A DNA stretch of 64,000 nucleotides, from contig JAJDEG010000313.1 in NCBI GenBank assembly GCA_029259895.1, positions 360-64,359 of the forward strand. The letters are read 5' to 3'. The position numbers were made by a program, and so were the translations under genes. The notes under the pieces are model-generated. The model worked only from the letters and a program-made list of their open reading frames with translations. It searched no databases and had not been told where the DNA came from. The stretch comes from Planctomycetota bacterium (GTDB lineage Bacteria; Planctomycetota; Planctomycetia; Pirellulales; PLA5). The number at the start of each line of letters is the position of its first letter. Within the stretch, counting starts at the first letter, position 1. Of the stretch, positions 61,810 to 64,000 are shown piece by piece.

Positions 61810-62265
61810 CTAAGCGTCTGTCGTCGCGGTGGAAAGAACCTGGCGAAGTTCCATGAGCAACTTGCCTAGGGCGTTCTTGCCGCTGCCGTCGCCGCCATCG
61901 CCCCAATAAGAATCGCTCTTCGCGTGTTCGACCAATTCTGCATCGCCGGTGCCAATGAGAAGTCGCCGCAGTTTTTCGTGCTGTGTGAATTTGGCGAACA
62001 ACGCCGAACGCATGACGTCGTCCTTGACTTGCTCCCAATCGGTTCGCAACGGGCGATGGCGGTCGCGCCCCATTTGCGCGGCGACGGTCGGCGACAGTAC
62101 GGCGCGAATCTCATCGGCATGATGCGTGCCCGCAAACTTTTGGCCTTGGAAATAGTGTTCCGAAGTGGGCCACGTAATGCCTCCAACCTCGATCGGGTAT
62201 GGAGCGAAGTTTGAGAATTCGCCGAAGGGGTCGCTGACCCGATAGAAGTGAATGAGCTGAGACAT
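61810..62265 (-). CDS. NADAR-domain protein (YbiA/DUF1768-like)
   Basis: 151 aa with FSNFAPYPIEVGGITWPTSEHYFQGQKF ... SDSYWGDGGDGSGKNALGKLLMELR. Confidence 0.85.
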   Translation of the reverse strand: MSQLIHFYRVSDPFGEFSNFAPYPIEVGGITWPTSEHYFQGQKFAGTHHADEIRAVLSPTVAAQMGRDRHRPLRTDWEQVKDDVMRSALFAKFTQHEKLRRLLIGTGDAELVEHAKSDSYWGDGGDGSGKNALGKLLMELRQVLSTATTDA

Positions 62266-62301
62266 CGAGGAGTTCTAAGTTCTGCGGTGACGAGTTGCGA
62301 G

Positions 62302-64000
62302 TCACTCCACGGCGATAACTAGCCGGTGGGCGTGCTGCTCGACGTTTCCTGCCGCGTCTTCGGCGTGGGCTTCGATGACGAGTTCGCCAGGCGCGACGTT
62401 TTCGAGTGTGACTTCCCATTGATGGAAGTTGTAGTCGACGTCGCGAGCCTCAACGCCGTTGACCACCACGCGCTTGGTGCGGACGTTGTCGGTGGTCGTG
62501 CCGCGGACGATCAGACGGTTGCCATTCCGCTTGGCTGCGACGCCGCGCGCCGGGTACGTAACGATCGTTGCCGGCGGTGCGTCGTCGATGGGATCGAGCA
62601 GCTTGGGAAACGCCGCGTCCCGCACTTCGGCGACGCGTGAATTCTCTCCGGTGAGCGGCGGTTCGCTGCGGAAGTCGCTCGACTCGCCGGGAAAGTCGCC
62701 AGCGGCCGTGCTGACGATCTTGGCGTGGCGGCCGGGGCCGAAATGGTCGTGCAGATAGACCGGTACGCTGCTGGGCGTCTTGGGTTTGACGACCGCACCA
62801 CCGCCGCGGTCGACCAACGCCTTTTGGCGGCGGCCTTCGTGGCGCTCGACGCGGACATCGCGAAAATGCGACTCGGCGCGGCCGCTGGGGTTGTTGTCGC
62901 TGATCTGGATCAGCGGAATGCCGTCGCCGCGGACGTCGGTGAACTTCAACCCATCGACCGTAATCGAGCCGTGCTGCGTGCTATCGTCGTCCTGCCCGCG
63001 GTTGAACGGTTCGCTACTGGTCGAGGCGATGTGCAGATTGCGATAGACGTGGTTCTCGAACTCTGGGCGATAGATGCCGTACACCGCGTTGTCGATCTTC
63101 ACGTTTTCGATCCACATCGCCGGCACTTGCGGCCGCAGCGCGTAATGAACCTGCCAGATGCGGAGGTTTTTAATCACGTGCGGATGGCGGAGGTCCGGCG
63201 CGGCGCGGTCCGTGCCGGCCACGACCATGCCGTACAAACCTTCGCTGTGGGCCTCGTTGTCCTCGAAGCGATAAATGGGAATCGTGCGGATGTCGACCTT
63301 CTCGTACTCGCCGGTGGCGGAGCGGACGCTGAGGTTGCTGTCGAAGTTGCTCCGTTTTTGGCTGTCGTAGCGGAAGCCATATTCGTCGTTCTCGCACGAG
63401 GTGTTGCGGACGAACGTGTTGCGGCCGTTCGCCCACCAGAAGGCCGCGCCGTCGTTGGGATCGAACGGCAAGACCTGCTTGGGAAGCCGCTTGCCCGCAA
63501 AGGCGTTCACGCCGAGATTGCGATCGAACACGGCGTGCGTCTCGGTGCCGTCTTCGAGGAAAAAACCGTGGCCGACCGAGCCGTAGCCGACGCAATCCCG
63601 CACCACCATGTAGTCTGTGCCGTGGACGGTGACCCAGCGGTTGTGCGAATCGACAATCGCCGCGCCGAGCACCTGACTGCCGCGGTTGCTGTCTTCGAGC
63701 AAGTGGAAGTGGATCGCGTAGCGCCCCAGCACGCCTTCCTTCCCCAGATGCGCAAACCGGGCGTAGCTGATCCCGCCCTGACTGAAGCAATGATAGACCG
63801 TGTGGCCGCGGACGCCCTGGGGGTCGGCGCTTTCGACGATTACATTGCGGGAGAGGTTGGCGACTTCGCTACGGAAGTCGCCCGTGCCGAAGTGGCGATG
63901 TTCGAGCGGCGCATCGAGCGTGATGCGGCGGCCGTCGATGGCGGCGATGCGGCGCGGTTCGGTGTTGCGAAGACTGGGGTCGTCGCGGTACTGCCCGCCG
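62302..64000 (-). CDS. G8-domain / right-handed parallel beta-helix protein (CEMIP/TMEM2-like), N-terminus outside the window
   Basis: The listed start at 63732 is a GTG, and the frame stays open upstream to position 64000 (I translated ...RNVIVESADPQGVRGHTVYH...GKEGVLGRYAIHFH by hand). GRYAIHFH plus repeated beta-helix turns (WVTVHGT, GHGFFLEDG, NTFVRN). Confidence 0.75.
   Translation of the reverse strand, partial: GGQYRDDPSLRNTEPRRIAAIDGRRITLDAPLEHRHFGTGDFRSEVANLSRNVIVESADPQGVRGHTVYHCFSQGGISYARFAHLGKEGVLGRYAIHFHLLEDSNRGSQVLGAAIVDSHNRWVTVHGTDYMVVRDCVGYGSVGHGFFLEDGTETHAVFDRNLGVNAFAGKRLPKQVLPFDPNDGAAFWWANGRNTFVRNTSCENDEYGFRYDSQKRSNFDSNLSVRSATGEYEKVDIRTIPIYRFEDNEAHSEGLYGMVVAGTDRAAPDLRHPHVIKNLRIWQVHYALRPQVPAMWIENVKIDNAVYGIYRPEFENHVYRNLHIASTSSEPFNRGQDDDSTQHGSITVDGLKFTDVRGDGIPLIQISDNNPSGRAESHFRDVRVERHEGRRQKALVDRGGGAVVKPKTPSSVPVYLHDHFGPGRHAKIVSTAAGDFPGESSDFRSEPPLTGENSRVAEVRDAAFPKLLDPIDDAPPATIVTYPARGVAAKRNGNRLIVRGTTTDNVRTKRVVVNGVEARDVDYNFHQWEVTLENVAPGELVIEAHAEDAAGNVEQHAHRLVIAVE

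Noticed and set aside
1-64000. Scan for tRNA, rRNA, tmRNA, transposases, integrases, phage genes and toxin-antitoxin or defence cassettes.
   Set aside because: I recognised nothing in the sequence or the ORF translations. The NADAR gene is not paired with a DarT-like toxin. Absence is by eye only and should be confirmed with tRNAscan-SE, Infernal and defence-system finders.

Overview
High-GC bacterial chromosomal segment. Gene content looks Planctomycetota-like: PEP-CTERM/exosortase genes, dockerin-like repeats, and short palindromic repeats that translate as VGTAHPT. I found no rRNA, tRNA, CRISPR array, transposase or integrase. Three blocks stand out. (1) 906-44819: 33 consecutive minus-strand genes. 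After mutY, 32 of them form a roughly 42-kb exosortase-linked polysaccharide supercluster. It encodes the exosortase, a Wzc-like tyrosine autokinase, a 1490-aa TPR protein, EpsI, a priming sugar transferase, about 10 glycosyltransferases, 3 methyltransferases, Wzm/Wzt, an O-antigen-ligase-like protein, 2 AsnB paralogs, a UbiA plus GT-C pair, an acetyltransferase, a carbamoyltransferase, a FemAB-like protein, 2 deacetylases, a HAD hydrolase and a VanZ-like protein. Many junctions are 4-nt ATGA overlaps. (2) 44820-48496: a roughly 790-bp divergent control region, then an ECF-like sigma gene carrying a compound microsatellite (15-mer x2 plus heptamer CCCGAAT x5), then a G-poor spacer with REP-like palindromes, then a PEP-CTERM substrate gene ending at a bidirectional terminator. 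(3) 48497-58596: the most unusual part. TolC is followed by a seven-gene, almost gapless operon: FeeM-like N-acyl amino acid synthase, DevC/DevA/DevB-type exporter, ThiF-like adenylyltransferase, tandem nitroreductase, and a membrane-anchored SAM methyltransferase. I do not recognise this combination as a described pathway. I propose it makes, tailors and exports a lipo-amino-acid, and that it is linked to the exosortase system. The right end carries two more PEP-CTERM proteins, a NADAR protein and a G8/beta-helix protein that runs off the window. All family calls rest on motifs read by eye and recalled family knowledge. No searches were run.
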